Shown here: positions 49,233-52,237 of the stretch, piece after piece | Layout of the letters: every line of letters starts with the position of its first letter | Numbering within the stretch: the first letter of the stretch is position 1 | DNA from: Octopus bimaculoides | Taxonomy: Eukaryota | Length of the DNA stretch: 52,237 nt | Direction of reading: 5' to 3' | NCBI RefSeq assembly: GCF_001194135.2 | Contig: NC_068984.1 | Coordinates: 44,588,101 to 44,640,337 of the forward strand | Translations under genes and position numbers: made by a program | Notes under the pieces: generated by a model | The model's input: the letters and a program-made list of their open reading frames with translations, nothing else | Databases searched by the model: none | What the model was told of the DNA's origin: nothing

Positions 49233-49638
49233 GTAAGTTCAGTGAACCATTTATATTTAATACTACTCTCTTAGCTTAAATCGAACAGGAAAACCGTTTA
49301 TGAGAAGCGGACCGCATGAGATCTCGTTCATTAATCAGACAGGCCTGACTACTAGAATAATTCAAGGTAATTTTTCGTTACGCGTGCCATTCAGCTAGTC
49401 CCGCGGGTTATAGGTGTGGTGAGTTTGGTACAGAGTAGGTCGTGAGTCGGGTCGTGCTTGATGTTCTCTTTTAGTTACTTTATTGTTGCGAGTTCATTTC
49501 AACGTATGAGATGTTTTGCTTTTCATCCTCGCAGAATGAACGAAATCAAATATTAGACCTGTATTTCCACCAACCTTTGTATATATTGTTCCTCCAGTTC
49601 TAAACAACCGGAACCTGCCACTTTCTTTGTATTTCCAG

Positions 49639-49758
49639 CTTACTATTGTTGACATGTTCATCTACAGCATGTGGATTACTTTCGCACCAATTGGAGCAGT
49701 ACGGTGGTCTCGAGCCTTTCGGCCGTTTCTAATCGTTAATTTCCCAGAAGGTAGACAG
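49639..49758 (+). CDS. TPC3: TPC3-like coding exon 5, S3-S4 (LTIVDMFIYSMWITFAPIGAVRWSRAFRPFLIVNFPEGRQ)
   Basis: Acceptor gtatttccag, donor CAG|gtaaga; 120 nt; S4 RWSRxxRP and NxxEGRQ match vertebrate TPC3 much better than TPC1 or TPC2 as recalled. Confidence 0.94.
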
Positions 49759-50686
49759 GTAAGACAAAAACATATAAAACTACTTAAATGTTCATGTTCA
49801 GCTGAACAAGTCATCTCTGATTGAGCAAAACCTATGATCAACGACATTCCATCCATAACCATCTCGTCTTCGTATTTGTGGGGAATCTAGAATCACATTG
49901 TACTTTTCTTAGATGGGAGGGTATGATTTTAGGAAGATTTGGCTGCTATTTCTAACAAGTCGAGTGACCACGTAAAGGCTTTGTAGAACATTTATTGATA
50001 TTTGGTAAGTTCTACTCTATTTATGGTATCAAATGGTGTATCTTGTAAATCAACGGGGTCACAAGAGGATTACTGGAAACGAAATCTGTGATGTTTCTGG
50101 AGCAAGTTAAGTTAGCATTGCATCGTCTACATTTAAGCTAATTTACTATTTGAAATGAAGATTGTACGACAAGGAAATAGTGCCCAGTAATACTGTACAG
50201 TCATTATATATAGCGATGAGGTTTTCGTCCATCTAGCTTTAGATGTACGAACCAGACTAATTGAGGACTGTTTATTGTTTTTTGGCCACAAAGTTGAACT
50301 GGAAACCGGATCAGTGAAGAGCCAGTGAAAAGTAGTTGTTCTATCTGCAAGAAATAAGTCAAGTTTCTTTCAAATAATGCCATAATTTCATAAAATTGAG
50401 ACAGTGGATAGCATTGTTCTAAATTAGATGATGTAGTCCTGAAATAACGACAGAATGGTCATTGTTATAATTCCTTCGACCAGAGGTCTGCCCGTTCTCA
50501 GGGTTCATCTAAGACTAAACTACAATCAATAAGAACCACTGACTCTTCGGTTGGCATTCCAACACCTTGTCAATTCTGTGTATATACGTTTATCTATACA
50601 TGTATATATATATGGATTTTGAAGCTTTGAATAACGTGTTTAAGATCTGTATATTCTACTCGCTTTTCTTTTTCCTGCTATTCTAG

Positions 50687-50805
50687 ATGCGTCAAGCATT
50701 TCGGAACATACGCCGAGCCTTACCTGAGGTGTTCAACATCTTTATTCTCTTCACCCTTACACTCTGTCTCTTCAGTCTTTTAGCGCTGAAACTTTACGCT
50801 CACAG
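50687..50805 (+). CDS. TPC3: TPC3-like coding exon 6, S4-S5 linker and S5 (MRQAFRNIRRALPEVFNIFILFTLTLCLFSLLALKLYAH+AG); gene continues beyond the window
   Basis: Acceptor tttcctgctattctag, donor CAG|gtatgt; 119 nt; matches the recalled TPC3 pattern RRAFRSIRNxLP...FSLMALKLF. Confidence 0.93.
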
Positions 50806-51281
50806 GTATGTGAACTACTTCTTGGTATTTCCATATTTCTTTATAAGATACTACTGATTAGTGTTATCACACAAAGGACTGCATTATAGGAATAGAGAAG
50901 GGGTGGTAAACTGATAGAAACAAGAAAGCAGTGACTCTAAAACAGTGCACCGTATGGGCTGTATAGAGGTGCCGCAGATTTTTAAAAACCTGACGTAATA
51001 TTTTAGAAAGTGATTAATTGAAAAAAAATGTATTATTCACAATTTCTTTATGCAGAAATTGCTGCAGACATGGTTGATTTGTTAAAATGTTCTATTCGCA
51101 ACTGTTAGTTCACCTGTTCCATCTCACTGCATAACATCTTGGTTAACTACCTTTACCATAGCCTATATCATTATTGGTACCAGAAGAACGCTCTGTTAAT
51201 GAACTTCAAGCTACTGGCCGCTGATAATCCAGTTATATCATCCTTGGCCTACTTGTCCCTCACAAACAAGGGTAGGGGGTA

Positions 51282-51664
51282 ATCTTCCAGTATAGGGAGG
51301 TAAAAAAAGTAAATACAAATACAAGGGAAATAACTTACGTCTTACTAGTATCATTCGTACTAACTGTTTATAATATAAATCACACACATGATTGAATACC
51401 ATAGTTTCTTTCGTTTTTAATTGACGAGTGAGGATTTCGTTTTGAGGAACAATAAGTTGTGCAGCCGGTCTTCCACGAGGCATTTTCGATCTCTCATAAG
51501 AAACTATGATATTCAATCACGTGTGTGATTTATTTATAAACTGTTAACTTCAATCACGTGTGAGATTTATATATAAACAGAGTAGTACGGATGATACTAG
51601 TAAGACGTAAGTTATTTCCCTTGTATTTTTATTTACTTTTTTTTACCTCCCTATACTGGAAGAC
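51282..51664. mobile_element. 383-bp TA-flanked foldback/MITE with about 115-bp TIRs, in a TPC3 intron
   Basis: 51282-51396 is approximately the reverse complement of 51550-51664; a subterminal TTCAATCACGTGTG..ATTTAT.TATAAAC unit is duplicated on the right. Confidence 0.78.
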
Positions 51665-51961
51665 TATCAGGGCAGGGTATTATTTAATCTCTACTGCTCG
51701 TATAAAATACAGCCCACACATTGATCATCATTCAACATAAATTGTAACGTAACACCATTGAATTTGGTCACACCCATGTAAAAAACGACTATAGCCGCTT
51801 CTCCAGCCACTGAATGACGATTGAGCTGACTCATACCAACATCTCACTCTACCATGAACAGTATCGATACAAGGAACTGATGTCACTGATTATTCGATAC
51901 TGCAGCCTGTCGTCAAAGTGGTGCGGGCATCCTACCAACACCATGTCTGGACACATGAGCT

Positions 51962-52007
51962 GGATCTATTTTAAAACGGGGGCCACATTTTTCATTAATG
52001 TTTTACG
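51962..52007. mobile_element. Left end of a second copy of the 31468-32037 MITE family, cut by a gap
   Basis: 46 nt identical to 31468-31513 but with a different left flank. Confidence 0.85.
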
Positions 52008-52017
52008 NNNNNNNNNN

Positions 52018-52237
52018 TTTCGATCTCTCATAAGAAACTATGATATTCAATCACGTGTGTGATTTATTTATAAACTGTTAACTTCAATCACGTGTGAGAT
52101 TTATATATAAACAGAGTAGTACGGATGATACTAGTAAGACGTAAGTTATTTCCCTTGTATTTTTATTTACTTTTTTTTACCTCCCTATACTGGAAGACTA
52201 TCAGGGCAGGGTATTATTTAATCTCTACTGCTCGTAT
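52018..52237 (+). repeat. Exact 220-bp direct duplicate of 51484-51703 immediately after a 10-N gap
   Basis: Offset 534 bp; no differences seen; probably an assembly or haplotype artefact. Confidence 0.9.

Noticed and set aside
49744-49758. Alternative donor AAG|GTAGAC in TPC3 exon 5
   Set aside because: Poor +4/+5 match next to a near-consensus CAG|GTAAGA donor, and it would shift frame.

Overview
Gappy (7 N-runs), AT-rich, microsatellite-dense animal genomic DNA. The SINE families, TTAGGG telomeric motif and repeat landscape point to an octopod cephalopod (Octopus-like); this is recognition from memory, not a database hit. None of the ORFs in the supplied track is a complete host gene. Host content: (i) six spliced coding exons (42938-50805, + strand, all GT-AG, phases compatible, 231 codons plus 2 nt) encoding the N-terminus and repeat-I S1-S5 of a two-pore channel most similar to TPC3, continuing beyond the window; (ii) two tandem intron-containing tRNA-Ile(TAT) genes (21964-22075, 23125-23236). 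The remainder is decayed mobile DNA: a Helitron 3' end, Penelope-like, RTE, CR1-type and R4/Dong-like retroelements, mariner/maT/Tc1/Tigger/hAT relics, a solo LTR, many tRNA-derived SINEs and at least ten MITE-like inverted-repeat elements. Most interesting: three unrelated GG-terminated, 8-bp-TSD MITE families (probably Merlin/IS1016) that each carry telomere-type repeats, one as a perfect 40-bp head-to-head telomeric palindrome; two A-C stem mismatches fixed in both tRNA-Ile copies despite diverged flanks; a 34-bp pre-miRNA-like hairpin upstream of TPC3; overlapping competing splice donors in TPC3; and microsatellite-bounded restriction-like-endonuclease retrotransposons.
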